Part shown: positions 32,153 to 43,330 of the stretch, piece by piece
Numbering within the stretch: position 1 is the stretch's first letter
Layout: every line of letters starts with the position of its first letter
Source: a virus
Direction: 5' to 3' (one strand)
DNA: 64,000 bases
Virus record (IMG/VR): IMGVR_UViG_3300022890_000011
Location: 32,001 to 96,000 of that record
Notes under the pieces: generated by a model
What the model saw: only the letters and a program-made list of their open reading frames with translations
What the model was told of the DNA's origin: nothing
Databases searched by the model: none
Program-made: the position numbers and the translations under genes

Positions 32153-32776
32153 ATGTTAACATATAAACTATTTTTAGAATCCACGCATTGTTTTAATTGC
32201 GTGGATTGTCATAAAAAGATAAAAGTAAATACCAAAGATTATTATATGGTACATGATCATATTTGGGAAGAAGGAGTACAAGAAGAAAATAGAGGTAATT
32301 TAATATGTTTAGATTGTTTAGAAAAAAGATTGGGTAGGAAGTTAAAGATAGAAGATTTTACAGATTATCCTGTTAATGAACCAATTAAAGATGAATTGAA
32401 TGAAGGTTTATTTACTGATTATAAAAAGAAGTTTAAGACAAAATACGAAGATTTATTAAAAGAACACTTACATGAAGATATAATTTTTATTGTTAAAGTA
32501 ATACAACGGAAAGGAATTAAACAAATAACTAAAAGATTAAGTGAAATACATAAAGTTAAAGCCAAAAATATTTTGGAAGTTTATTTAAAATTTCCTAAAA
32601 TATCACATATTTATTCTTATATGTCATATCATGATGAACATACGATGAATACACAAAAATTAAGAAATTTGATTCTTCTTTTAAAAGAACAAAAAACTCT
32701 TGGTGAAGAAATTTATTTCACAGAAAGTAATAATGGCTTGTGTATAAAATTATATATTGATAAAAATGGGAAATAA
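32153..32776 (+). CDS. CTS-tagged protein with Cys4 zinc-binding domain
   Basis: MLTYKLFLE; CVDC...YYMVHDHIW...LICLDCLEKRLGR. Confidence 0.6.
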   Translation: MLTYKLFLESTHCFNCVDCHKKIKVNTKDYYMVHDHIWEEGVQEENRGNLICLDCLEKRLGRKLKIEDFTDYPVNEPIKDELNEGLFTDYKKKFKTKYEDLLKEHLHEDIIFIVKVIQRKGIKQITKRLSEIHKVKAKNILEVYLKFPKISHIYSYMSYHDEHTMNTQKLRNLILLLKEQKTLGEEIYFTESNNGLCIKLYIDKNGK

Positions 32777-33098
32777 AATAAATCCAATTGCAATTAAATC
32801 GCTAAAAAAATTTTTAGAAGAATATTTTAAAAGATTTAGTATCTCACCTTTTTTAAGTTTTACACATGGTTCTTATTTTATTCAATGTAGAGTTGAAAAT
32901 AGTTTGAATTTTGATGAAACTCTTAAACTTATTGATATGGTTGAAACTTTAAATAGAGAAAACAATCTTTTACATCCTGCTATATTAGGTTGTATTGTCA
33001 ATTACCATCAACCTTCTATTGAATTAAGATTTTCAATAGATGCAGTAGAAACAAAATTTAGACATTTAATTGAAGCTGATAAAATGAATTTAATATAA
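32766..33098 (+). CDS. Hypothetical protein with C-terminal EADKMNLI tag
   Basis: Likely ATG 32766; variant of the C-terminal tag. Confidence 0.55.
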   Translation: MGNKINPIAIKSLKKFLEEYFKRFSISPFLSFTHGSYFIQCRVENSLNFDETLKLIDMVETLNRENNLLHPAILGCIVNYHQPSIELRFSIDAVETKFRHLIEADKMNLI

Positions 33099-33448
33099 TG
33101 AGACACCTAAAAACATATTTTGAGTCTTACGATGAATCGAATGACGAATTTAACGAAGAAATAATTGATAATTTTGATGAAGTTAGTGAAGAAATTATTG
33201 ACATAATTAAAAATATCGAAAATAAAACCACTGACATTGAAAGCGCGATGGAAAAATTAGACTTTATGATAGAAGGTTCTGGAGTAGAAACTATTAATAA
33301 GGGGGAAGAAGAGGATGATTATTGGTTAAATATAAAATCAATTTATGTTAATATTGGAGATCCTGATATGAAAACAATCTTTTATAATGTAGAAGATAGT
33401 GAGTGGTATTGTAAAAGTTACAATGAGTATATTAAAAAAGAGGATTAA
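33098..33448 (+). CDS. Acidic CTS-tagged protein
   Basis: MRHLKTYFE. Confidence 0.6.
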   Translation: MRHLKTYFESYDESNDEFNEEIIDNFDEVSEEIIDIIKNIENKTTDIESAMEKLDFMIEGSGVETINKGEEEDDYWLNIKSIYVNIGDPDMKTIFYNVEDSEWYCKSYNEYIKKED

Positions 33449-33459
33449 TCCTCTTTTTT
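33434..33459. terminator. 26-bp perfect palindrome centred on shared TTAA stops of convergent genes (likely bidirectional terminator)
   Basis: aaaaaagaggattaatcctctttttt. Confidence 0.6.
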
Positions 33460-34476
33460 TATTCTATTATAATCAATTATAATATTTATTTTAAACAATA
33501 ATGGTTGCCTTTGTTTTTTGGTTAATAATAAACCTTTGTTCTTTATTCTTATGATTTCTCCATTTTTTGTTTCTTTTGGAATAGTAAATTTATATTTTTT
33601 ATTGTCTAAATGTTTATGTTCATACTTATATCCATTAATAGCATCTTCATAATGTACATCTAATTGATAAATTAAACCATTTTTTAAAGGTTGATATTTT
33701 TCATCTGGAATATAATTAATAAGTAAAACTAAATTACCCACTTTACCTGGATAGTATTTAGAATGATGTCCATAACCTGATAAATATTCTTTACTTGAAC
33801 CTGTTAATTTGTATATATTATCTAAATTAAATTTAACTTGTTTTATTTTTACTTTATCACCGTTACAAGTTTTACAAGTGTCTGTAAAAATTTTTCCTAT
33901 ACCTTGACATTGAGGGCATTGTACGATCATTCTAGTTCCTTTAAATTTTGGGTCTTGTCCAGTGCCATCACAAACTTCACATATTTCTGAATGACCATTT
34001 TTATCAAACCCTGTTCCATCACAATCTTCACAACTTATATATCTTTGATAATCTACTTCAGTTGTTTTATTATTATAAACATCAGCAAGAGTTACATCAA
34101 TTTGTTGTTGTATATCTAAATCTTCTCTAAATCCTTGTTGATCTCTAAAACCTCTATTACCACCAAAAAATGAATCAAAAATATCTTGTGGACTTCCACC
34201 AAATGGATTAAAACCTCCACTACCTGGAAAACCAAATCCTCCCGTTGGGTTATAATTTGCACCATGGGGACTCATCATATCATACTGTTCTCTATTTTTA
34301 TTAAGAATAGTATTAGCTTCGTTAGCTTCTTTGAATTTTTCTTCTAATTCTTTGTCACCTTTTGTTTTGTCTGGATGATATTTTACAGCAAGTTTTCTGT
34401 AAGCTTTTTTAATATCTTCTTCTGAAGCGTCTTTTGTAACATCTAATATTTTGTAATAATCTTTATTTGGATCCAT
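33445..34476 (-). CDS. dnaJ: Chaperone DnaJ
   Basis: J-domain with HPD, G/F-rich linker, four CxxCxGxG-type zinc motifs, C-terminal domain. Confidence 0.92.
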   Translation of the reverse strand: MDPNKDYYKILDVTKDASEEDIKKAYRKLAVKYHPDKTKGDKELEEKFKEANEANTILNKNREQYDMMSPHGANYNPTGGFGFPGSGGFNPFGGSPQDIFDSFFGGNRGFRDQQGFREDLDIQQQIDVTLADVYNNKTTEVDYQRYISCEDCDGTGFDKNGHSEICEVCDGTGQDPKFKGTRMIVQCPQCQGIGKIFTDTCKTCNGDKVKIKQVKFNLDNIYKLTGSSKEYLSGYGHHSKYYPGKVGNLVLLINYIPDEKYQPLKNGLIYQLDVHYEDAINGYKYEHKHLDNKKYKFTIPKETKNGEIIRIKNKGLLLTKKQRQPLLFKINIIIDYNRIKKED

Positions 34477-34553
34477 AGTTTAATGATTTTCGTTATAATT
34501 TATATTATAGTACAATATAAGAAAAAAGTATGAATTTAAAAAATAAATTTATT

Positions 34554-34582
34554 AAAAAAGCCATTTTTAAAATGGCTTTTTT
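34554..34582. terminator. Intrinsic terminator after the T9SS-cargo operon
   Basis: aaaaaagccattt...aaatggctttttt hairpin. Confidence 0.75.
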
Positions 34583-34600
34583 ATTTATTATAAATAATTT

Positions 34601-37600
34601 TTATCTTATTACTGTTACAGCACCAACTTCTACATGTTCTACACCTAAATGGTCTTTAAATATACAATACCAAGCATATACACCATTTTTAACATAATCA
34701 TTTATTTTACCATCCCATGTTTCTTTTATATCAAAGGATTCAAAAATCATTTCACCCCATCTATCATATATGAGTAAATTAAAGTCATTATTTATATTTT
34801 TGCCATATACTCTAAAATAATCATTTATACCATCATTGTCTGGTGAAAATGCTGTTGGTGCATAAAATGTGTATTGGTCTTGAACCTGTATATCTGTGTA
34901 TATTGTATCTCTACAATCATGATTTGTTGTAACTATTAGTTGAAGTATATAAGTTCCAGAATAATATGGATATACATGTATTGGGTTAACAATCGTAGAA
35001 TATTTACCATCACCAAAAATCCAATAATTTGTGACATTTAATAATGACATATTATTTATATAAATAGTTGGATTTATTATATTTACTATTTCATTATCAA
35101 CAATAAATTTAGCAGTTGGTAATGGATATACAGTTATCATATTAGTAATTGTGTTTGTATTTGAACAACCTTCTGATGAAGTTACAGTTAATGATATATC
35201 ATATACACCATAATCTTCAAATGTGTATGTTGGTGAATTACTATATGAAAAATTATCTCCAAAATCCCAAACATATGTCTGATTACTATCTAGACTTATT
35301 TCAAGAAAATTAACAGTAAGTGGTTGACACCCGCTCATAATATTAGATGACATGCTTATTGTAGGTTTATCATACACATTTATTGTATATGATTGTGTAG
35401 CTGTTGAACCACAATTGTCTGTTACAGTAAAATTATATGTTGTTGTTTGACTAGGATATGTAATATACGGTGAACTTTCATTATTATTATTTATTAGTAT
35501 TGTATATGGTGGTACTCCTAATGAAGGTGAAATGTTTATAGTTGCAGGTTCCCCTGGACAAACATAATCAGTATTTGAAAATATTGATAGTTGTACTGAT
35601 GTAGAAACTCCTATTGTTGTTGAAACATAATTACTTAAACAACCATTAGCATCTTCAATATGAACTACATATGTTGTTTCTATTATAGGTGATACATCAA
35701 TATTATTTATGGTTGTACTTGTGTTACTCCAAACATAATTGAATGGTAGTATACCACCAATACTTGATACTGAAATATTTGTACTTTGACCATTACATAT
35801 AGTGTGATCAGGTGTCATTGAAATAATTATTTCTGTTGGTTCATCTATTGTAAAATTAGTTGTAATTGAACAATCATTTAAATCTGTTATTATAATTGTA
35901 TACATACCAGGTGTTAAATTATTAAAATTTCCTGTTGATTGTGATGTACCATTAATAGAATATGTTAATGGTTGAACTCCTCCAGAAGCATTAATATTTA
36001 TATTTCCATTATTATATCCATAACAAGTTATATTTGTTGATGATTGAGTATTTATTATAATTTCAGGTGGTTCGTTTATTATTATTGGACTTATTATAGT
36101 ACAACCATTTAAATCTGTTATCAAAACATCATAAGTATTTGCACTTAATCCAAAGAAACAACCACTTAAATTTGTAACTATTCCTATATTATATGTTAAT
36201 GGTGGTAAACCACCAGAGCCAGTTATTGTAATTGTACCATTATTATTTCCAAAACAATCAACATTAGTTGAAGATATAGAATTAACAGTTAATATAGTGT
36301 TTTCATATATTGTTGAAGTTATTGAATCAGTACAACCATTTGAATCTGTTACTGTTACATTTATATCGCCATCACAAAGATTTATAGCTGTTTGTGTGGT
36401 TTGTGAATCATTCCAAAAATATGTATAGTTTGGTGTTCCACCATTTACTGTTACTGTAGCATCACCATCACAAAAACCGAAACAAGTAATATTTGTTGTA
36501 GAAATTGTTGCAGTTGGTTCTTCAAATATTTCAATATCAAATATAGTTACATCATTACAAGAATTTAGTATTGCCGTTTGTGTAATTGAATATATGCCAG
36601 GTGTGTTCCAAGTTATTCCAGTTGGATTTTCTGTTGTATCGTTTAATATTGAACCACCTGGAAAAGACCAAGTCCAATGTATAATTCCTCCAGTATCACC
36701 AGTATTCGTAAAATCAAATGAATTACCATTTAAACATTGATTAGGGTTTGTAATAAAACCTGATATAACATTACCAGTAGCACCAACAGTAACTATTTCT
36801 GTTTCAGTACAACCATTATCATCTGTAATTGTGATAATATATGGTCCTGCTGATAAACTATCAAACACATTAGTAGAAACTTGTCCTGAGCCTATATCAT
36901 ATAATAATGGTGGTGTTCCGCCATTAACTATAATAGTTACACTACCATCAGATAGACCACAAGTTTCTGGTGTGTTTGTTGATGTTATAGTTAATAATAT
37001 AGGATCAATTATAGTTATACTTGTAGATCCTGTACAACCCATATCATCAGTTACTATTACAGTATAAGTTCCTGCATTTAATCCTGTTATATTTTGAGTT
37101 GTGTCTGTATTTGACCACAAATAAGTATAAGGACCTGTTCCTGTTGTCATATTTAGTATTCCGCCTGTTCCATCAAAACTCCCACAACATAAAGGATTAG
37201 TAAATATAGAATCAACTATTAAATCAGGTAAAACAGTAACAGTAGTTGGAAATCGACAACTTACAGGCATCCATCCACATGATAAGCCAGGATTAACTAT
37301 ATCAACTGTTGATGTTTGGCAAATCCAGTCAATTTCTGTATTAGTATCTGTATTCCCTATTCTTTGTAAACTTGTATTTACTCCAGAACAAGGTAAAATG
37401 GCACCATTACCAATCCACTCTGGTCCTATTGTAATATTAAAACCATTAATTGTGGTATTCATACTGGCTATTTCCGCAGCAGACCATCCCCAAACACAAA
37501 AATCTACAACATTACCAACATCATCAATAATAATTGACCAACTTTGACTTGTTCCATTCCAAAAAATATTATTTCCCCAGTAATTAGCTGGATATCCAGA

Positions 37601-38653
37601 ATCATCACATCTCCAAACAACTGAACATGCAGTAAATGAAGAAGGTAGTTGCCAAAGTATTGAGTTTACAGAATTTATATCAGAATAAGAATCGCTAACT
37701 GCAGCAACCCAACCTGTAGTATTAATAGTTGTAGAATATAAATTAGAAATTTCAAGATAATCTTCACTACCAGAACCTCCCATAAATCCTTCTAATCCAG
37801 ATTCTGTGATTAGTATTGTACCAACTGTAGATGTTTGTCCTGTGGTTTGTGTCCAATATGTTGTAGTTGTTGTTAATGGAGGTGTTGTATAAACACCTGT
37901 TGTATCTAAAAGATTACCACCAATTTGGTCACTCCACCATTCATAATTTCCTAAAAGACCAGTTGCTGTAAGTGTGGTAAAATCGCCTGCACAAAGAGTT
38001 GTATTTCCAGTAATAGTAGGTGCTGGAATTACTTCAATTAAAAATGTATCTGAAACAATAATTCCTGGACAAACATCACATCTAACTTCGATAGTAAAAG
38101 TTGTAGTAGTTGGAGGAGAAGCATAATAAACGGATGTTGTGCTCCATGGTTGTATCACAGTTGCACCGTCTAAAATTTGATATTCATAATTGCCTGTACA
38201 ACCACCATTAATGGTAAAATTAATCGTATCTTGACCACCACCACAATTCATTATTACTTGTGGGTCTGGAGTAACAGAAGTTGGTCCACATGGGGGAGGT
38301 GGACAGTTTGCGATAACATTATTAATATTTGCACTAACACTACCACTGCCAACTAGAGTCCCCTGACTATCAGTTAATGTAAAATGACATTCTGAGGTCC
38401 ATGAACCAATAGGGTTAAATATTATATCTATATCATCTCCAAGATTAACAGGAACATCATAACAGACAGGTCCTGACCCAGTAGTGAAAGCAGGGCCGTA
38501 AGTTGCAACTAATGCCCCATTTACAAAAACATCGATTGTGTTACCATTCCAGCCATCACCATAGTCATCTGTTAGACAAACCTCATAAATGCATTGACTA
38601 TTAACAATTAAAGTACTTAAAAATATTGCAATTAAAAAAATTATTTTTTTCAT
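34601..38653 (-). CDS. Secreted SprB-repeat/PKD adhesin-like protein with T9SS type-B (gliding-motility-associated) CTD
   Basis: Sec signal peptide; GGTPPYxY..W..GxYxVxVTDxNGC repeats; PKD WDFGD; C-terminal FYAPTAFSPDNDGINDYF...IYDRWGE...G.VTVIR. Confidence 0.85.
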   Translation of the reverse strand: MKKIIFLIAIFLSTLIVNSQCIYEVCLTDDYGDGWNGNTIDVFVNGALVATYGPAFTTGSGPVCYDVPVNLGDDIDIIFNPIGSWTSECHFTLTDSQGTLVGSGSVSANINNVIANCPPPPCGPTSVTPDPQVIMNCGGGQDTINFTINGGCTGNYEYQILDGATVIQPWSTTSVYYASPPTTTTFTIEVRCDVCPGIIVSDTFLIEVIPAPTITGNTTLCAGDFTTLTATGLLGNYEWWSDQIGGNLLDTTGVYTTPPLTTTTTYWTQTTGQTSTVGTILITESGLEGFMGGSGSEDYLEISNLYSTTINTTGWVAAVSDSYSDINSVNSILWQLPSSFTACSVVWRCDDSGYPANYWGNNIFWNGTSQSWSIIIDDVGNVVDFCVWGWSAAEIASMNTTINGFNITIGPEWIGNGAILPCSGVNTSLQRIGNTDTNTEIDWICQTSTVDIVNPGLSCGWMPVSCRFPTTVTVLPDLIVDSIFTNPLCCGSFDGTGGILNMTTGTGPYTYLWSNTDTTQNITGLNAGTYTVIVTDDMGCTGSTSITIIDPILLTITSTNTPETCGLSDGSVTIIVNGGTPPLLYDIGSGQVSTNVFDSLSAGPYIITITDDNGCTETEIVTVGATGNVISGFITNPNQCLNGNSFDFTNTGDTGGIIHWTWSFPGGSILNDTTENPTGITWNTPGIYSITQTAILNSCNDVTIFDIEIFEEPTATISTTNITCFGFCDGDATVTVNGGTPNYTYFWNDSQTTQTAINLCDGDINVTVTDSNGCTDSITSTIYENTILTVNSISSTNVDCFGNNNGTITITGSGGLPPLTYNIGIVTNLSGCFFGLSANTYDVLITDLNGCTIISPIIINEPPEIIINTQSSTNITCYGYNNGNININASGGVQPLTYSINGTSQSTGNFNNLTPGMYTIIITDLNDCSITTNFTIDEPTEIIISMTPDHTICNGQSTNISVSSIGGILPFNYVWSNTSTTINNIDVSPIIETTYVVHIEDANGCLSNYVSTTIGVSTSVQLSIFSNTDYVCPGEPATINISPSLGVPPYTILINNNNESSPYITYPSQTTTYNFTVTDNCGSTATQSYTINVYDKPTISMSSNIMSGCQPLTVNFLEISLDSNQTYVWDFGDNFSYSNSPTYTFEDYGVYDISLTVTSSEGCSNTNTITNMITVYPLPTAKFIVDNEIVNIINPTIYINNMSLLNVTNYWIFGDGKYSTIVNPIHVYPYYSGTYILQLIVTTNHDCRDTIYTDIQVQDQYTFYAPTAFSPDNDGINDYFRVYGKNINNDFNLLIYDRWGEMIFESFDIKETWDGKINDYVKNGVYAWYCIFKDHLGVEHVEVGAVTVIR

Positions 38654-38676
38654 TTTATTTATTTATTTATTTTTAT

Positions 38677-41600
38677 TTATCTAATTAGTGTTACTACACC
38701 TGTATGTTCATTATAGACATCGTTATCTAATTTAAATTTACATAACCAAGTATATACACCATTTTTTACTATTTCTTTACTATTATTTCTTACACGACCG
38801 TTCCAACCTTCATTTATATCATTAGTTTCAAATATAATTTCTCCCCATCTATCAAACACATATAATGTAAAATTACTTTTTGTATTTATACCATTACCAA
38901 AGACTCTAAAATAATCATTAATTCCATCAAAATCTGGTGAAAATGCTGTAGGTGCATAAAACGTATATTCATTTGTAATAGTTATTTCCATGTATACAGT
39001 ATCTCTACAACCTTTATCACTTTCCGCAATTAATTGTACATTATATGTACCTGTTGGGTATGTTGGATAAACATGATATGGATTTATCATAGTTGAACCT
39101 GATTCATCTCCAAAATCCCAGTAATATTTTATTGCACCTTCTGAATAATTATTAAAATATATAGTAGGATTTATAATACTAACTATTTGTGGATCTGCTA
39201 TAAATGCGGCTTTCGGTACTTTATATACATATATTAGATTATTTATTGTTTGTGTATTTACACAATTATTTGAATCAGATACTTGTAAAGTAACATCATA
39301 TATACCACTTTCATTATATTCGTATATTGGACTATTACTATAAGATACCGAGTTATCTCCAAAATTCCATAACAAATTACCATTATTTGAACTATTAAAT
39401 GATACTGTTAATGGTACACAACCACTTATTATATCACTTGAAAATGAAACTATAGGTAAATCATATACTGTAAAATCAATACTTGCATCATCAATAGAAC
39501 CACACATATCAGTTATTGTAAATGTTATAGTTTCACTTTGATTAGGATAATGAAAATATGGAGTAGTTATTGTATTACCATTATAAGTAATTACATATGG
39601 TGGTACTCCAGAAGAGCCAACTAATTCTATATATACTTTTTCTCCGATACAAAGACTTGCATCAGTAGGTATTACTGTTAAATTAACACCTGGTTGTATA
39701 TTAACAACTGTTGAAACTACATTACCAAGACAGCCATTAACGTCTGTAACTTGACATACATAACTTGTATTTGATGTTGGAGAAACTATAATATTTGGTG
39801 TATTATCCATATGAGCCCATAAATAATTATATGGTGGGTTACCGCCAATAATGGTAACAGAAATATTTGCGTTTGCACCATTGCATATTGTTTGATTAGG
39901 TGTAATATTTACAATTATTTCATCTGGTTCAATTAATGTAAATGGTGTAGTAATTGAACATCCATTATCATCTGTTATAGTTATATTATATATATCAGGA
40001 GATAAATTAACAAAATTACCACTTGTTGATGAATAAGAACCAAAATTATATGTTAATGTACCTATACCACCACTCGCATTAATAGTTATTGTTCCGTCAT
40101 CATAATTATAACAAGTTGAATTTGTAAATGATTGGTTATCAATAACTATTGCATTTGGTTCAGTAATTATAATTTCTTGTGTCACTGAACAATTATTACA
40201 ATCAGTTATAGTAACATTATATGTATCAGCACCTAAACCAAAAAATTGTCCTGTTTGATTAGTTATACCTCCAAGTGAGTATGTAATAGGAGAACAACCA
40301 CCTGATGCAATAGTAGTTATTGTTCCATCGATATTACCATTACAAGAAGGTTCTGTAAATAGAAAATTATCTATATTGATTGGATTTGCTGCATTAACAA
40401 TTCCATTATTTATTGATGTGCAATTATTTGCGTCAGTTATTGTAACATCATAATTATTAGGACATAAACCAATTATTGTTTGTGTTATATCTGTAGTATT
40501 CCATTCATATGTATAAGGATTATTTCCATTTAATGGATTTGCTGTTGCTGTTCCATCACATAAATTTACACAAGTTTCATCTGTAGTTATAACTGTTACA
40601 AATGGCATTTCAAACACTTCAATTGTTAATGTATCAGTATCGTTACAACCTCCAAGATGTGTTGTTTGCGTTACATCATATTGTCCGGGAATAGTCCATG
40701 TTACGCCTGTTGGATTTTCATTTGCTGAAGACGACGGTGTTCCACCTGAAAAAGACCATGTCCATGTAATTCCACCACCTGTATCTCCTGTATTTGTAAA
40801 ATTAAAAGAATTACCTATTAAACATTGATCTATACTGGTAGTAAAACCTGAAGCAACAGAACCACTTGTACCTACTGTTACTAATTCTGTGATAGTGCAA
40901 CCATTAACATCTGTAATTGTAATGGTGTATGGACCTGCAAGAAGACTTGTAAAATTGCCTGTTGCCTGTCCGCCTGAGCCAATATTATAGCTTAAAGCTC
41001 CTGTTCCTCCTGTTGCAGTAACAGATATTGCACCATCTGATGATCCACATACTTCCGGTGTAGAACCCGAAGAAGATACTGTTATTTCTGGAGGAATTGT
41101 AACACTGATATTTATTACGTTCGGTGCACAAGTTGGATCGGTTACTGTTAAAGTAATATTTGGCGTTGAACCAGATGTGGAATAAGTTACAGTATGTGGT
41201 CCAACTGTATTTGCTGTAGCTAGAGTTGCCCCTGTTCCAAAATTCCATACATAAGTAGCACCAGGGTCAACAGTTCCCGGAACATAAGTAAATGTAATAG
41301 GTGAATCATAACAGTCTGGTGTCGTTGCAGTAATACTACCGGGAGGCGTTACACAACCCATGCAAGGAGCAGGAGCAGTATATGTTATAGTATAATTACA
41401 ACCATCATCAGTAAAATAAGAGTATAAAGTATGTGTGAGACCATCAGCCGGAATACCAGTTATACTAAAATTAGTAGGACTAAAAAAGTTTGGAGTAGGT
41501 ATAAAAGAATCAAAAAAACCGGGACCTGCATCGTCTTCAATAATTAAACTTCCTGTTGCAGGTGGATTAATATATACAATCGTACCTGTAATATCATAAG

Positions 41601-42159
41601 TATTTGTAACAGGATCACATGGACCAACATTTACTGTAATATTTGTCATTGTACAAGGAACAACAATACTGCAATCAGTTTCGCCGGTACTTGTTCCAGA
41701 TGAAAATTCCACATCAGTTGTACTATTAGAATAATTTGTTAAAAGAAACATATAAAATTCACCAACTTGGGCATTTGGAATATAACAATCTTCCACAGAC
41801 GCTGTGCTATAGCTACAATCTACAGTGTTACCAGCTGTTAATCCTGCTGTACATGCACCTGTTGCAGTAGTAAATGGTCCCCAACATATAAAATCAATAT
41901 CATACACACCAGGAGTTGATTCCATATGAATATTAATATTTCCCGCTACAGAAATCTGTAAAAAATACCAAACCGGATTTGGTTGTGTTAACAAACAACC
42001 ATAGTCTGGTCCTGTTTCTGAAGATGTTCCGGTTGCTAAAGGATAGTTATAAACCGAATCTGTACAAAATGGCTCTGCATCATTGCAAAAGGGTTGCTGT
42101 GCGTAACTTGTTATTCCAAATACTAATAGTAATATTAGTAAATTAATTATTTTTTTCAT
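38677..42159 (-). CDS. Paralogous SprB-repeat/PKD protein with T9SS type-B CTD
   Basis: Signal peptide; same repeat types; FYAPTAFSPDFDGINDYF...VFDRWGE...GVVTLIR. Confidence 0.85.
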   Translation of the reverse strand: MKKIINLLILLLVFGITSYAQQPFCNDAEPFCTDSVYNYPLATGTSSETGPDYGCLLTQPNPVWYFLQISVAGNINIHMESTPGVYDIDFICWGPFTTATGACTAGLTAGNTVDCSYSTASVEDCYIPNAQVGEFYMFLLTNYSNSTTDVEFSSGTSTGETDCSIVVPCTMTNITVNVGPCDPVTNTYDITGTIVYINPPATGSLIIEDDAGPGFFDSFIPTPNFFSPTNFSITGIPADGLTHTLYSYFTDDGCNYTITYTAPAPCMGCVTPPGSITATTPDCYDSPITFTYVPGTVDPGATYVWNFGTGATLATANTVGPHTVTYSTSGSTPNITLTVTDPTCAPNVINISVTIPPEITVSSSGSTPEVCGSSDGAISVTATGGTGALSYNIGSGGQATGNFTSLLAGPYTITITDVNGCTITELVTVGTSGSVASGFTTSIDQCLIGNSFNFTNTGDTGGGITWTWSFSGGTPSSSANENPTGVTWTIPGQYDVTQTTHLGGCNDTDTLTIEVFEMPFVTVITTDETCVNLCDGTATANPLNGNNPYTYEWNTTDITQTIIGLCPNNYDVTITDANNCTSINNGIVNAANPINIDNFLFTEPSCNGNIDGTITTIASGGCSPITYSLGGITNQTGQFFGLGADTYNVTITDCNNCSVTQEIIITEPNAIVIDNQSFTNSTCYNYDDGTITINASGGIGTLTYNFGSYSSTSGNFVNLSPDIYNITITDDNGCSITTPFTLIEPDEIIVNITPNQTICNGANANISVTIIGGNPPYNYLWAHMDNTPNIIVSPTSNTSYVCQVTDVNGCLGNVVSTVVNIQPGVNLTVIPTDASLCIGEKVYIELVGSSGVPPYVITYNGNTITTPYFHYPNQSETITFTITDMCGSIDDASIDFTVYDLPIVSFSSDIISGCVPLTVSFNSSNNGNLLWNFGDNSVSYSNSPIYEYNESGIYDVTLQVSDSNNCVNTQTINNLIYVYKVPKAAFIADPQIVSIINPTIYFNNYSEGAIKYYWDFGDESGSTMINPYHVYPTYPTGTYNVQLIAESDKGCRDTVYMEITITNEYTFYAPTAFSPDFDGINDYFRVFGNGINTKSNFTLYVFDRWGEIIFETNDINEGWNGRVRNNSKEIVKNGVYTWLCKFKLDNDVYNEHTGVVTLIR

Positions 42160-42496
42160 TTCTTTCTTTTTTATTTAATTTTTCATCATACTTTTTTTCC
42201 ATGAATATATTTCTATCTTGAATTGCATCGTTTAATGCAGGTTTAAATGCATTTTCAATCCAGTCAAGTTTAAATGATTCTTTATATTCATCTTTACTAT
42301 ATAAAACATGTTCATACTTTTTAAGTACATCAGCAATTCTTTTATTATAATACTCTATTTTATTCATATTTGAATAGTCTTCATATTTATATTCTACTTT
42401 AGTCATTTCCCATAATTTTTCATTTATCTTATACTCTTGCGAATATAAAACTATTGAAAATATACATATTAGCATTATCATAATTATTTTTTTCAT
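42143..42496 (-). CDS. Small secreted protein
   Basis: MKKIIMIMLICIFSIVLYSQ signal peptide. Confidence 0.55.
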   Translation of the reverse strand: MKKIIMIMLICIFSIVLYSQEYKINEKLWEMTKVEYKYEDYSNMNKIEYYNKRIADVLKKYEHVLYSKDEYKESFKLDWIENAFKPALNDAIQDRNIFMEKKYDEKLNKKERNEKNN

Positions 42497-42505
42497 CTTT
42501 TTTAT

Positions 42506-43330
42506 TTATTTTTTAATTAATGTTACTGTTCCTTGTTTTTCTATCCATTTACCATTATCATCTTGAACTGATAAAATCCATACATATACACCTTTTATAT
42601 TATTTTTACCATCCCAACTAAAATCTGGGTTTACAGATTCAAATACTAATTCACCCCATCTATTATAAATCATAAGTTTATATCTTAAATATTCGAGATT
42701 TGTTCCTATAATATTAAATTCATCATTTTTACCATCATTATTTGGTGTGAATGCATTAGGCAAATAATAAGTAGGTGTTGGAGTATATACTACTATGGTT
42801 GTATCGATAAATATTGAATTATCATCTACTGAATCGAGTTTCAATTCAATATATAATTCTTCATTTTCTTTTAATTTATTTTCTTGAAGAAATTCTTCTA
42901 ATTCTTCTAATTCTTCTACTTCTAATTCTTCTACTTCTAATTCTTCTTCGAAATTAACATCAGTAAAAATAGGTTCTTCTAATTGTATTTCAATATTATT
43001 TTCAACTAAAGGTATAATTTCTTTTGAATTGGTTTTAAATTTAGTTGCAACTTCTTTTTTAACTTCAATTGGTGATAAATATATTTCTTTAAAAATTGGT
43101 ATTTTTGTTTCAACTATAGTTTTGGTTAGATTGATAGGTTTATAATTGTAATAGAATATACCACTAGTAATCAGAAGTATTGTAATAATTGAGTAAATTA
43201 TATATTTTGTGTTTTTATATTTTATGTTTTTATTAGGAAGTTTCTTTTTGAATTTTTTCCATGATGAATTATCATAAGGTGATTTGTAATTTTCTACTTT
43301 GTTTTTGATTATTGAATAAAATCCGTCCAT
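42506..43330 (-). CDS. Single-TM protein with T9SS type-B CTD (anti-sigma-like architecture)
   Basis: N-terminal YDNSSWKKFKKKL, TM helix, acidic linker, YYLPNAFTPNNDGKNDEF...IYNRWGE. Confidence 0.75.
   Translation of the reverse strand: MDGFYSIIKNKVENYKSPYDNSSWKKFKKKLPNKNIKYKNTKYIIYSIITILLITSGIFYYNYKPINLTKTIVETKIPIFKEIYLSPIEVKKEVATKFKTNSKEIIPLVENNIEIQLEEPIFTDVNFEEELEVEELEVEELEELEEFLQENKLKENEELYIELKLDSVDDNSIFIDTTIVVYTPTPTYYLPNAFTPNNDGKNDEFNIIGTNLEYLRYKLMIYNRWGELVFESVNPDFSWDGKNNIKGVYVWILSVQDDNGKWIEKQGTVTLIKK

Noticed and set aside
33445-43330. dnaJ plus T9SS-cargo genes as evidence that the window is a bacterial chromosome
   Set aside because: No housekeeping operon context (no dnaK/grpE); flanked by and overlapping phage-type tagged genes. 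A chimeric assembly cannot be fully excluded without reads
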